64,000 bases of DNA from Hydrolagus affinis (Eukaryota): positions 1-64,000 of the forward strand of contig JAAILG010000754.1 of assembly GCA_012026655.1 (NCBI GenBank), in the 5' to 3' direction. Shown here one piece after another: positions 22,641-36,095 of this stretch. The stretch's first letter is position 1, and each line of letters starts with the position of its first letter. The notes beneath the pieces were generated by a model. That model ran no database searches and was not told where the DNA came from. It saw only the letters and a program-made list of their open reading frames with translations. Both the position numbers and the translations under genes were made by a program.

Positions 22641-25377
22641 ATAGTTATTTACAATTTCACCCCAAATTAATTTTCTCACAAGAGAAATTAATCTAGGTTT
22701 CAACCCATTATATCAAAAAATACATTGGATTTTAAGTTTAAGAGCTAAGTTAGACAGCACAAAATTCCATTTGTTGTGCAAGTGTTGCATTTTACAATTA
22801 GAAGATATCGCTTTACTTAAAGAGTATCAAAATTAAATGCGAGTTATTATGCTAGATGTAAAATATTTGTAGCTGCAAATGTATTGTGTGGGTTGAATAA
22901 ACAGTTGTTTACAGAGGTATTACAACTGCCCATAATCACCTGGTTAGAAACAAATAAAATTAGATGTTTAAGGGCATATGTTTACTCTCCTTACACTTAT
23001 GTTACACAATTCATACAACACACATATGTTTATAAATGATTCACACAATTTGCGTAATAGACCCAGTTGTGTGTCTGTTTACAAAAAATAACGTTAACTA
23101 AGCCGTATATACGTCTATTCATATTACTGTATATTGTTTGTGTGGCACTCCGAGATACTATCTTAGGTGAAGGATGCTATAGAAATTCAAGTTATTGCTG
23201 CTGCTATCCCATAATACAGTACATAGTATTGATTCTCAAATAATTCCTCAGGTTTTGAACGCATATCTTGCTCTCAATATATATGAAATTTATTGCTTTT
23301 GCGGCTATTGTACAGCAGAGTTTGTCATTGGTATTATTCATAAGGCAATGTTTTTAGTTAGTTCATAATCCAAACCAATAAAAGATGCCTCAACCTGAAT
23401 TGGCTTTCACTAAACGTTTTGTTCTGTTTTTCACTATTTTATTGAGAGTGTAGCTCTGATAGAACAACTAATATGTTAAATATTGCAAAACACAACCAAA
23501 TGAATAGAATACAAACAGAATGAAATGAAAAATAGCAACATCCTAGATATTATGCTATCCAGTAACATGAGAAACTATGTTTAAAGCATGTTCTGTATTG
23601 AAGCAATGTGATAAAGTCTTCAAAGAGACGTGGGATGTTTTTCTTTCTGAATGAACCAACATCCATTTACAGTAGTTTCCAATTCTTCTAGTTTCCGATA
23701 GTTTCCAATTCTTTAGTTGTTAGTCAAGATTGTCTTCTCCACCTCAAGGGATTTTTGTTACTAAAACTGATTAAATAGTTGTTTGGCAAAGAATTCAATC
23801 AATGGATTTGAGAGAGAGAAAAGTCGAGGATCATTTAAAACTTTTATTGGATGAACTAATTTGGCACTAGCTGAATCATGGCAATGTTTTTTTCACCCCC
23901 CAGTGCTGAATATTCCTATGTTCCTATCTGAAAGTATCTTTGTAACATTTTCCTAAACCTGCTGAATTGCATAGTTGGGTTTGAGTATTTTTCTTCAGTT
24001 CTCACTATTCAAAATAAAGGACGTTGATGAGAGAACTTTTCCCGGCTGACAAAACCAATGACAGACTGAATTAAAAAACTTGAAATACGTCAATCCTTGT
24101 AATTATAATCATAGGGCATCTGCTCTGGTGTTCAAATTTAAAAAAATGAAAGTCAAGTGTTTCAGCGTTATTGTCTAATTTCCATGTGTTTATCCAATAT
24201 CATCAAAAAGCATTTAAACATCCTGAGAAGAAATTGATAAATGTGTGAATAGAGACCCAAGCATTTTAAATGCTTCATTGCTGCATCTTAAGTACACAGG
24301 TTCAAGCGTTTTATGATAGAACGTCAGAAAAAGCCATACTCTATTTACTTAAAAAATAAACACAAAACACTAATTTAAAAAATAAAGATATCATCTAAAT
24401 ATTGAAACTACCGTGTTGTATGACACATTGTGAAACAGGAGCTAATAATGTGTTAGATCTCACAGTTATGTAGATGGGTGAGGGAAAGCAGCTGAATAGA
24501 TGGCAAAACTACTTCAGGTGCAAGACATGAAATATAGTGTAACTGATGCAGTAGAGAATCAAGCCAATGTTCTGATAACTGTTCTTTTGTGAAATTACCA
24601 ATCCAAGTACTTCAAGTACAAACGTTATCAGTTAAACTGACTTCCAAACAGCACATCTCACATGGATAATCAATTTGCCCTAAGGATGTGTATGTGAGGA
24701 TGAAGCCTGCTTGAGCATTAGTAGTGACAGTCGTGAAGGAAGTAAATGATTGTTTACTTCTCTCTTTCCAGATAACTGAGGGAGTCTGAGGTCAACAAAG
24801 GCAGGATGAGGAGGAGATGTAAATCTTTTCATATCAAAAGTCACTTTTGAAATAGCACCATTCAGGTTCAGCGCCTTAGAGCGCTTCACAAGATTTCTTG
24901 CAGAGTGTAGTGGCTGTGCATTTTGTAGGCAAGCTTTGCAATGCTGAAGTGAACGACCAATTTAATCTATGGGATTGATTGTTGGCTTGTACACTGGGAG
25001 AAGCTCCCTTTCTCTTTTTGAATAGCACTCGGGAATCTTCAATAACAATAGGGAACAAGAATAAAATGCTGTGTGTGCTTTTGTCATATTGAATGTGGTA
25101 AGATGGTTAGTCATCATTTTGCAGGTTTGATGGTCACTCAATACGAAAAATCTTACTGACCTACGTCGGACTTGTTCCGTCAAATGGGTTTGCTTCCAGG
25201 ATGCAATGTCGCAAATTCCAGGTACAGATCCCCACATCATTAAACTTCTGAGTAAAATTGTGGCCCATGCACTCAATCTCATAGCATTTGATACTTTAAT
25301 CATTGGTTTTTTTTATTAAAAACTTATAAAAGGGAAGCACATTTGGACTGCATTTGATGTATATTTTATGATCCACA

Positions 25378-25672
25378 CAATAATAATAAGAATCTTTGCA
25401 TTTGATATAGCGCCTTATTACATCTTTGAGACATCTGAAAGCACTTCACAGGACACACTGCAAACTGGATTGACTGTATATCTTGTGGGCCAAACTTGGC
25501 AGCCAATTGCACACAGCAGGGTCCCACAAACAGTCGTGGATTGAATGACCAAACTATTATTTTTTTCGAAGGGATTATTACCCCCAGAAAAGCAATCCAC
25601 AATCGACTAACAAACGGGTTCCTACTTACTACTAGGTAAAAAGAGGCGTGTGGAGTTAGGAAACTTGCCTAA
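25378..25672 (-). mobile_element. DeuSINE long form, lacking the tRNA head
   Basis: Tail, core and the extra segment ccccagaaaagcaatccacaatcgactaacaaacgggttcctac. Confidence 0.75.
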
Positions 25673-27814
25673 AGTAAATATGATGAACTAACGGTTGGAT
25701 CTGATTAAATGGAATATGTTTCCTGCTCCTTCTCCTCTGAACTGTGTCTTTTCCACAGAAAAGATCTAAAGATCTACAGGATCCTTTCATAAATGATCGA
25801 GAGAAAGATTGTTTCTTTGCTTTTGTTGTCAATTCTCAGTTGACATGAATGAATCTCCATTGTAATAGCAGTGGCAGTCTTGCTGCATTAAAATGTTGGA
25901 TAGTAGTCAGTGTAAATAGCAATAAAAAAAACTACATATACTGACTACTATACAAAATTTTTGAACGTACAATAACAAAATGTCATAAAAAGGGTTGCTA
26001 AATTAATAAAGTTAACGCAAAAACTGTGGAAAAATAGGTAAACAATGTTATCTCATAGGGTTTAATCCATAATTTATCCCAGTTATAAAGTAGCATATTG
26101 CAATCTAAAGCAGCAATTTTAAATTATTTAAATTATGAAACAATACTTAAAAGTATCTCTACGGAGTTTTATGGGAACATTTGAGAGCACTTATAAAAGG
26201 GAAGCAAGCTATGTTGCCCTCATTGACTAGCTGGCATCTCACGATAAAAACATGTTGACTTTCAGGTCATTCGTTTGCTGTAGACTCCACTTCCTGCATG
26301 TTGGACAAAGCAAGCTGCTAAGCGCAGGAAGTGTCGCAAACTCCACTTGTGATGCACTGTGCAAGCGCAGTGTGTGGAGGAAACAATATGCAGATATTCA
26401 CTTCCTGCATATGTGCACAGCACTCAGGGAGTGACATCGGTTGGGATTGGAAGCTGTACTTTTTGTGTACCTGGCTGGGGGCCACAGCTGCTCAGGCACT
26501 GGACTCACGCTGACTGTGCTGTAATCCTTTAATTGCAATCAAGCTCTCGTACATGCATCAGACACATCGGATGCCTAGAAAACATAATTGTATTGGAAGT
26601 CATGTTAAAGCAATGGGCTTATTTTATGAGTGCCAGTTGAAAGTTTATTTCTAATGCTTCGTTCCTTCCATCCCTTTGTGTTCGTAATAGATCCTTGCAA
26701 ATTAATAATCTGCCTGCCTGCGTTGTGCCTTTTGAGGAAATGACAGAACTCGTTCAATTGAAAGAAGTGCATGAAAGAGCGGCAGCTAGCTCTGGGTCTA
26801 ACATGGGACCCTTTCTGGACTCTAAATACTGTATCAGCTGAGTGCATTCAGGTCCAAACAACATGTTTAATTCTGGAAAGAATCTCAAATGCCATATTGT
26901 AACTCGATCTTGGCAATTCTGAGTGTTATCTGTTACAGGCGATCTATAAATATAATTTTGTTGTTGTTAATTCCGTCCATATCTAGGAGATGATTGATGG
27001 TGACTCTTAATTTATTACGATAAAGTAGCACCTGCCATTATTGAGTTGGTTTAATGAATGGCCTGATTAGTATCAGTTTGTGTTAATAGGATGAGAAATA
27101 CAGTTTGTGATTATTTTTGCCAGTGAAAATGATCACATCACAAACCTCATTTATTTGGTTCTTTCCTAATATTTATACATTGGTACGTCCTCCCGACGTG
27201 AAAGGCACCGTACAAATGTAATTTTGTATTGTATGTTGTAGTTTCACTAAACCTAACAATATATATTTATATAATGCCTTCACATGTCAAGACGATGTCT
27301 CAAAATGCTTTACCCAGCTGACTCAGAGCCTGAGCAGAGCCTGAGGGAAAGGGAAGCACTCCACAATTAAGAAGATTGATATTTCTTCCTTCCCTCCTTT
27401 TCCCCTCCCCGCATAGTAAACATTACCCCTACAGGATCTGCCGATGGTGGATTTCTTCAGGCTAATTCTCCTGCAATATGTAACAATTTAGCTTGGATTA
27501 TCCCTCTCTTTAAACACTTTAGTAATTTATAAGTTAGCAAATGAAAGCACCAAAGCAAGTGTAGTCTCAGCACTGACATTGCCAGCTTCTACCTGGAGCC
27601 TGTCTGAAATCCTTGCGAGAATTCTCGAGCTTGGATCAAGGTGATAGATTACACACTAGAAACTCGCACTGAAGCACAGTTGGGGAATGTTACCAGTACT
27701 TCAAGTAGTGAATGTATGTATTTGACTTTCAAACAGTAGGTTCTGAATTAGTCCCGGAGCTACCTATCTTTTCACTTAATAACAAAGGCGATGGCAGCAT
27801 CAACCTCCAGCGAT

Positions 27815-28588
27815 GCACACTCCACCTCACCAAGCCAGTCAAAGATCCTCATCATCTTGTTCGTTCCTCAACTGTCTTTTCTCCCCCACGTCCACGCCAT
27901 GACCCGCTCTGCCTTCCCTCACCTCCGCACCATTGCCTGACTCCACCACTACCACACTCCTCAGGCCCCTGAAACTCTCATTCGTGCCTTCATCACGACC
28001 AGGCTTGACTACGCCAATGCCCCGTTTGTCGGCCTCCCCAGTTTCTCCCTCCAAAGGCTGCAGATCATCCAGAACTCTGCAGCCTGTTTCCTCTCCTGCA
28101 CCAAGCTCCGCGACCCCATCTCCCCCATTCTCTCCCAACTCCATTGGCTTCTCATCACCCAGAGGATTCAATTCAAGATACTGGTCGTCACTTTTAAAGC
28201 TCTTGACGGCCTTGCGCCACCCTACCTCTGAGACCTCCTAACCCACTACCAACCTGTCCGCTCCCTCCTCTCAGCAGGATCCAGCCTGCTCCATGTCTCC
28301 TGACCCCACCTGCCCCACCATTGGAGGATGTGCCTTCAGCCCCTCTGGCCCCAACCTTTGGAATTCCATCCTGCAATCCCTCTGCCTCACTCCTTCTCTA
28401 CCTCCTTCAAGTCCCGCCTCAAGGCCCTCCTCTTCAACTCTGCCATCAGTCTTCCCCCTTCTTCCCCTTTCCTTCCACCCTCCCCGATCCCGTCTCCAGC
28501 TCGGCTCCGAAACACTGACTTGGGACGTCCTACTGACGTGAAAGGCACTGTAAAAATGTAATTTTGTTGTTTTGGTTGTTGTTGTTGT
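27815..28588 (+). mobile_element. L2 LINE 3' fragment of about 770 bp with degenerate ORF2 C-terminus
   Basis: Reads ...ETLIRAFITTRLDYANA...GLPSFSLQRLQIIQNS...LHWL...TIGGCAFS..PNLWNSI, then the L2 tail and (TTG)n. Confidence 0.9.
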
Positions 28589-28589
28589 A

Positions 28590-28945
28590 ATAATAATCCT
28601 TACACTTTAATATAGCACCATTTCCCATCTTTGAGTGTCTCAAAGCACTTCACAGAATATACCAACAACAACAACAACTTTGATTTATATAGCACCCTCC
28701 ACGCCGGACAGAGTCTCAGAGTGCTTCACAGTATCAGATCCTGGGACTGGGGCAGGGGTAAGAATACTATAAAGTGAATTGACTTTATATTGTGTGGGCA
28801 AAACGAAATAAGCCAATTATTTCTCCCGCAAACAATCATGGGTTAAGTGACCAATTAATTTTGTTTGGGGCGGAGGGATTATTACCCCAAGAAAGCATCC
28901 ACAAATCTACTAACAACCGGGTTGCTGCTTACTGCTAGGTAAACC
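28590..28945 (-). mobile_element. Long-form SINE interrupted by an L2-B tail (about 28663-28765)
   Basis: SINE tail 28590-28660, then a caacaacaactttgatt... L2-B piece, then the SINE resumes at gaatactataaagtgaattgac. Confidence 0.7.
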
Positions 28946-30749
28946 GAAACATTTACGAGTGAGTTCTGTCATTTACTTCAATTGAGTGAACTGTCATTTC
29001 GAAACTAGCTAAAAGCCAGTGAGTGCTCCAACTTCAAAAGAGGAAATTCAAACAGATTACTTCTTCTCCCTCAGTCCCCACCCAAATAGAATTGAATTAT
29101 CTAATCGATCGTGTCTCCCAACCTCTGACAATAGCTCCCCTCTATTGGTACCATTTCTTTTCTCCCCATTTTTTGCATCAGGCATCCCAAAGAGCACCTG
29201 TGAGTGAGGTTACGATTGAGAGCTGCTTTGCGTTAAATTGTGGGCGGCTACTTGTTGCCAGAGACCACCACTAGAAATTTTCTAATTTATCTTGAATGGA
29301 TTAAACAATACATCGCACACAAAGCATACTGATGTTGCAATGGTAACACATAGGTAACAAGTTGTGTTAAAAACTGTAGATTTTGTATCGTTTGCAGCAA
29401 GTGATGAAGATAAAGAACAAGGGATTATGATTATAGTGCAGAGCGTTCTCCCACAACACGTACAGTCAATTCACTTTACAGTATATTCTGTGAAGAGCTT
29501 TAAAACGTCTGGAGGATGTAATAATGCTCTACATCAAATGCAAGGATTCTCATTACCGTATTAAGCTACTGTGGAAAACAAGCTTGATAGGTGGAATTCC
29601 ATCTTCCAATGCTGAAATGTATGGGATACTAAATCAGAAAAAACTAGTTTGAAATTGCTCCATTCGTGGCGTTCTGCAGAAATGGGAGGATTTTCATCCC
29701 GTCATTCTGGATGGAATACAAACAAAGATCCCAGCGGGTAATGGCACAATGTGTCCCAGTGTGAAAGACAATAGCTGTCATCTGACATAGCACAGGAGCA
29801 TCTGGTGCATGGAAGGAGTGTTGAAGGTTACAGAGGATAGTCGATTGCATGTATCAACCTGTTTGGCTCGGAACAAAAAAGTTGTACATTACATCTGTCA
29901 AGTTTGTCGACCTTTGACACCACGGAAACTGCTGATATTATTAGATTGTTTGAAAACAAAATCATCTGTGGAAAGAAAGGAAACTTCAAATAATCCTGCA
30001 GCAGGTTTTAAAATAGTAACAATGGCAAAACAAAGTGAAAGTGTTCTTATCCATCATGTCATACCATGTGTGGATTGAACAACTGAGGAGGCAGCAATGC
30101 TGATGAATTGGGCACATTATCCATGGCCCCTTGTCCTGACTTTCCTTCGTCTTAATGCAGGAGAGCCCTATTATCATGCGAATGCTTACAACGCAATTAA
30201 TTGTAAGGGGGTCATTGACGTAAGTGGTAATAACACAATGTAGTACTGTTAGGTGCTTGAAAACATTGCAGTTTTTGGCTGATATATGTGGGATGTTGAT
30301 ATGAACGGGTTCGAGATAAGTGGGAGGCACTGTATTACAAAGTGTGTGTTTTCAGTAGTACTCGAAACATGTGCACAAATTGCATTCCATGGAGCTGGTA
30401 GTAAAATATTATTTGAATGTTGGACACTGATGACAAGGTTGTGCTCTCTCCAAACCATTGGAGGTAACTGAGAAAATTGACACAAGTCATATAGGCATAG
30501 ACATAGGCATAGGCATCACATAGGCATGATGTGGCAGAGTTGATACATCATGGAAACAGACCATTCAACCCAATTGGTCCATCTGGTAAGTTACAAACCA
30601 AGTAGAGAAATTACATTCTTGGTTTGCTTCTGGGAAGTGTGTGTATTTTGCATATTGCAGAGGATATCCTGAGAGTGAAAGCTGAAGGGTAATCTCTTCG
30701 GAGTTTCTCACCGTGACCCGGCCAACAAATTCCCTAAATAAAATTGGTC

Positions 30750-30990
30750 ACTCACTCACAGAATATATTGTAAAGTGATTTGTGAATGCGTAGGCGAAAC
30801 ATAGCAGCCAATTGTGCACAGCAGTGTCCCACAAACAGTCGTGGATTAAAATGAACATTGTTTTTGAGGGATTATTAGGCATGTGGCATATGGAGTAAGG
30901 AAACTAGCCCAAGGTTTCGCACTGTCTGGGATTGAACCCAGGTATCTCGCTTGCAAGGCAATTGCTCTAACCACTGAGCTACAGGACTCC
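30750..30990 (-). mobile_element. Nearly full-length DeuSINE
   Basis: Ends ...ctctaaccactgagctacaggactcc, the reverse complement of the head. Confidence 0.85.
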
Positions 30991-31518
30991 AGAACATTGG
31001 GTGTTGTCTTTTTTTAATGAGCTGGTTGCTCATTAACAGCATCTTAATCAATTGATGTCGCGTTTCACCCACAAAATATACAGTCAATTCACTTTGCAGT
31101 ATATTCTGTGAAGTGCTTTGAAACGTCTCAAAGATGTGATGAGGTGTTGTATCAAATGCAAGGATTTTTATCATTACCTTTGAACAACATTAAATAATGG
31201 TTCTTCATCAGTTTTCACTGCCTTTGTTTACACTGGAAGAGCGTGAGTCAATACTCCACTGAAATCATCCTCCTGTCTTGGCAACTGTTCGCCTTCAGAT
31301 GCCAGCGTGATTTACAATATACTTTTTTCTGGTGAGATTTAGGGCCTAAATAAAGCAGGTATCAGTAAACACTTCCCAATCAGCCACCTCATTTCCCATA
31401 CCCTCGGACTCTATTTTAACATTGCTAGAGTTCTGGGCCTGCATTTCTTGACTCCTTCTTACAAGATTGTATTCGACCTCTCCTACTCGTGTCCTACTCA
31501 TGTCCTTTCCTATGCGAT

Positions 31519-31558
31519 GGATCTATGGATCGATCTATGGATCGATCGATCGATCGAT

Positions 31559-31590
<32 letters not shown>

Positions 31591-31591
31591 C
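31519..31591. repeat. Compound (GATC)n/(GATT)n microsatellite
   Basis: Direct reading of the sequence. Confidence 0.9.
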
Positions 31592-32084
31592 AAACACATT
31601 ACAGCTATGCATAGTTTCCCAACTTACACCAGTTTTCAGAACTGCTTGTTTTTCAATTATGACTGACATTGGATTTAATCCACTATTTATGAGCGTGTTG
31701 AAATTCTTTGAGAATTTTTTTTTGCTTTTGGATCTTAAAACAAAGACTGCTGAATCCTCTGGTGCACAAGTGTCTGGTTCATCTCTCAGGCAGTGGTAGC
31801 CAAGCTATTTGGTTGGCCAACAAACAAAATAAATGTTTCTTGCTTTAATATTCATTGCATTGTACCATAAATCCATGCTCTTTTGTTATTTCTACAATTA
31901 TTTTGTTGATCAGCTAAAAAGGTTGGCCACCACTGCTCGAAGCCATAGTATCAAACACTATAGCAGGGCTAAAGCTAAAGCTGCCTGGTTTAAAGCTAAT
32001 TGGCTTTGTAATGTATTGATTTTGCACTTGTGTCTTTGTGTGTCTCAGTTTTGCTTGGGTTGATTTTACATTTCCTCCCAACAG

Positions 32085-32295
32085 AATCCAGTGAACACGA
32101 AGACAAAAGCACTGACGCCTCAGGTGAGATTTGTTCGCAGACTACCGCTGCCCCGATCTACAGCCAAACAGAGAGAATAAAAGCGGAATTCAATTCAAAA
32201 AAGCCAATCAAGCCAGAAGATGGAGATGAGCTGGGACAGTTGCCAGACAACTGGGAGATGGCATACACAGAAAAAGGCGAAGTCTACTTTATTGA
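32085..32295 (+). CDS. MAGI2: MAGI2 coding exon (corresponds to human exon 5): linker and N-terminal part of WW1
   Basis: Acceptor tttcctcccaacag| at 32084, donor GA|gtaagc at 32296, 211 nt. Joins in frame to the previous exon (G|AA). Encodes ESSEHEDKSTDASGE...LPDNWEMAYTEKGEVYFI(D), the MAGI WW1 signature. Confidence 0.96.
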
Positions 32296-32575
32296 GTAAG
32301 CCGTTTTAATCACATCCCTAGCTGACTAAATGGCAGATTCGTTTAAGATGATACTGAGAAACGCTGCACCCAATTTTAGTGTAATAGCATCTCTCCAATA
32401 CAAGGAGCTGAACTTGCCAAAAATACGGCCACCTTGCACAAATTGTGTTGCACCTCATAGCAGATTTTGTAAGCAAATTAAACATCGATTGCAAATGGGC
32501 CTCATTGCCCAGTTTAAAAAAAAGGGATCCAGAACTGTGTTTCTTTCCACTGAAACCAATCTGTTTCTCTCGTAG

Positions 32576-32655
32576 TCACAATACCAAAACAACATCCTGG
32601 CTAGATCCACGTTTGGCTAAGAAGGCAAAGCCCCCAGAAGAATGCAAAGATGGTG
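32576..32655 (+). CDS. MAGI2: MAGI2 coding exon (corresponds to human exon 6): C-terminal part of WW1
   Basis: Acceptor ctgtttctctcgtag| at 32575, donor GTG|gtgagt at 32656, 80 nt. GA|T completes Asp, then [27 protein letters not shown] did not find the next expected exon (LPYGWEKIDDP...) in the window. Confidence 0.96.
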
Positions 32656-35345
32656 GTGAGTAGATTTGATTTTTTTTGCATTCTGTATGTGTGTGTTTGT
32701 GTGTGTGTATGTACATTGAAATCCTCTTGAATCTGATTTGATAGCCTGGGAGTGCATCTAGCTGCTGAATAATTATATCTGAGAGCAACTAAAGCTGGGA
32801 CACAAGTGACCTTCACTGCTCGTTGTGTTTTGTTGTGTTCTCTAGCCCGATCATATCAGCTGCAGGAGTGCAGAAACTGAGGTTGTCGTTTCTTTTTGTG
32901 CCTTGGAGAATATTTCGATGTTAACTTTGTATTTCTGATTTAAAATTGAAGGAGACAAGCTGCAATCTGGAAACACAGGACTGAAGCTAGGTACTGTAAC
33001 TTTAAGTGATTTTTCTCTTTTCTTTTTAATCTCAAAAGGTTCAATTTGTTTTAAAGCCGCCTTGTTTTGATTTTGCTTACCATATTCACCAAAGCTGTTT
33101 TAAGTCACTGATAGGTGAGGAATTTCATTGTTAACCTTTAATTGCCAGTAAAAACAACTTGCATTTATATAATTGCCTTCACGTAGGTTAACATTTTGGA
33201 ACACTTCACAAGGGCAAGGTCAGATTCCGAGCAAGGGGAAGCGCAAACAAGGGTAGGTCTCCAGTACAGTGTCCTGGTCAACAATTCCCCTGAAAAATAT
33301 GATCGTTCACTTTATAGTTGTTTATGGGATATTGTTGTGCGCATAGTGACCTATGGGCAAGTGTACACCCATAAATACAGTCATTTCACTCCACAGTAAA
33401 TACAGTACTGTGAAATGATTTGAGAGGCTTTGGTAATATCAAATGCAATCTACCAAATGCAATCTATCAAATGCAAGGATTATTATCTTACCCCCCCTTC
33501 CAACTAATGTCATTTTTTAATGGTAACTATGTCATGTAGAGTGATGTCTTCCAGTGAATTTTGATCAAATTAAATCTAATCGATTTGTTTTTAAAATGTG
33601 CTCTGAATTTACATGCACAGATGCTCGTCTCCTTTGAACTAGAGCTCAATCTCTGAAGCACTTGCCTTGTCCTGTTGTGCACTTTTCACAACTTAACTCA
33701 TCCTTTATACTTAGGTATATTTCTAATAGCCTTCTCCCAGCGATCTAATATTTATCATCCATACAGTCATTTACCAATTACACCAGAATAAGTGTATTTG
33801 CAGTATAGAATAATCAAATAAAGGCGGATGAAAAGGACACAAATACTTTATCCAGGAAAATCGAAAGAGTCTTTGATAAAATTGAAATGGCACAGACTGA
33901 TTGAGTGCAGAATTATCAAAGATAGTAGATTTGTATAACAACTAACCTAGACATGGTGATGGGCTGAGTGGCCAAAGATCTAAAATTTTGAGGAGCCAAA
34001 CCCTGAGTCTCAGCTTTTCCCCCATTCTTACTTCAGTTTGGAACAGAAAAAAAGTGTCAGTGTTCCATTTGACCAGAATACGTTGCTGATTTTTGTGGCA
34101 AGAAGCAATTTTTGAAGTTGTCATGAAATTCTGTGAAATACCAGCTTCTATTCAGAAACCGCTTGTTTCTCTTCCTGTTCCATTTCACCATACTACTTTA
34201 TTATATCCTGTTCTGGAATGCTCCCCAAATCCGTTTACCTTGAGGCTTTCTCTCTGTGACTTCAAATCCCTCTTAAAAACTTTATTTTCTCCCTGTTTGG
34301 TGACCCCTATTGTCTCTGTAAAACACTGAAATGCTTATCCTATGTGAAAAGCACTATGTAAGTGCATCTTCTTAGTACTGTATTACAGCGAGTGTTGTGA
34401 ATGTGGGGTGCAATACGGTTGAGTACGGGAATCCTTGCTTTGAAAGCAAGCATCGATTTTCATTTCTAAAAGGCTGAATAGAGTGATACTATTGGAAGGT
34501 TGACATTGAATCATTCAGTCGCGATCGTTTATTTTCCACACGGCAAAAGCTCATGGCAACAGATCACCTTGTGAACAGTAGACTGTTGAGACTGGATGCA
34601 GCGATAAACGAAGAAGAGAGATATCTAGAATACCTTGAATAGGCACGTGTAAATCAGGCTGCAAAAATGTTTTGTCTTGCCTTGCTCATTGCGATGACTA
34701 GTTCGGTTGACTGCCAGCAATGAACCAAATATTTCGAACCCTATTTTACTTGAGACTTGAGAACGCTTCAGAAAGCCAGTCTGACAGTTTACTCACAATC
34801 CTCCTTCCAGTCTTGGATCGCAATGTAGTGTTAAGAATGTACCGCCACCAATGTGCAACCTTGGAGTGGCCTGCACTTAATTGAAGTGAATTATTTAGCA
34901 GATTGTCATCTCATGAATTCAGACGTTTTCAAAGCCAACATGTGGAAAGTTGAAGGGAGTGGATATGACACAGCTGTAAATCACTGCAAGAGTACAGCGC
35001 ACTATATGAGATGTAATGTAGATTCTTCCTCGATCGTTTGATCCCACAGGGGAATATTACTTGGAACACAGACCTTATAAGGAAAATGCCATTGAGCATT
35101 CATGTTACCTTCCTGCACTCCACTCTTTATAAGGCCAATAACAACAAAATTACATTTGTATAGCGCCTTTCACATCGACCATGCCCTCTGTTATTCATCT
35201 CGTTATTGGCTGTTGGGTTGAAGAACACTGAATGAATCCTTTTTGTTGCCTTCTTTACAAACATCAGGGGTTGACTGCACACACAACAGTGCTATGAAAA
35301 TATAGACCAACAAGATGTCTGTGGTCAACTATAGTGACAAGAAGA

Positions 35346-35662
35346 GTGGAGTCCTGCGGCTCAGTGGTTAGAGCATTCGCCTTGCAAGTGAGAGACCTAG
35401 GTTCAATTCCAGGCTGGGCAAAAACTTTCAGCAAGTTTCCTTGCTCGACACGCCTGATAATAATCCATTGAAAGAAAAACGATAAAAAAAAGGTCATTTC
35501 AATCCATGACTGTTCGTGGGACACTGCTGTGCGCAATTGGCTGCCGCATTTCACCCACAACTATACAGTCAATTCACTTTACAATATATTCTGTGACGCG
35601 CTTTGAGACATCTAGAAGACATGAAAAGCACTATATCAAATGCAAGGATTATGATTATTATT
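35346..35662 (+). mobile_element. Full-length DeuSINE
   Basis: Head, core, tail and (TTA)n are all present. Confidence 0.9.
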
Positions 35663-35737
35663 AAGAAAGGTTTAACCTCACTCGCCTTGTGTCATGAGAT
35701 AGATCATTGGTATAGGCTACATGACTATACATACCTA

Positions 35738-36095
35738 CAAAACACTGCAGATGCTCGAAATCTGAAACAATAACAGAAATCGCTGGGAACACTCAGCAGT
35801 TCAGGAGAAAGGAAAGTGAGTCAGCGTTTCGGGTCATGACGCTTCGTCAGAACTGGGACATGTTAGGAAGGGGAGGCTTTTAAGGACTAACACAGAGGCA
35901 GGGCAAGGAAGACGAAAGAGAAAATGGGGTAGAGGACAGGAGATGTGTTAAAGAGTGTTAATAATGCAAAACAAATTGGGCTGGAAATTGCAACAAAACA
36001 GGCAGACCAGAGAGAGAAAAGCTGTGTCTGGGACCTAGATGATGTGGTAATGGTCACAGAAGAGGAGGAGGGGGAAGGTGAGCTGTTATGGTCTA
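35738..36095 (-). mobile_element. Penelope-like element terminal fragment
   Basis: caaaacactgcagatgct.gaaatctgaaac...gctgggaacactcagcag...cgtttcgggtc, homologous to 21652-21858, followed by a purine-rich segment. The minus strand carries a CTGACGA...GAAA motif. Confidence 0.6.

Noticed and set aside
29640-30480. Possible Harbinger transposase relic (NCKG and IYVG-like words)
   Set aside because: The motifs fall in different frames and no convincing DDE blocks or TIRs are present. Too weak to call without a profile search.
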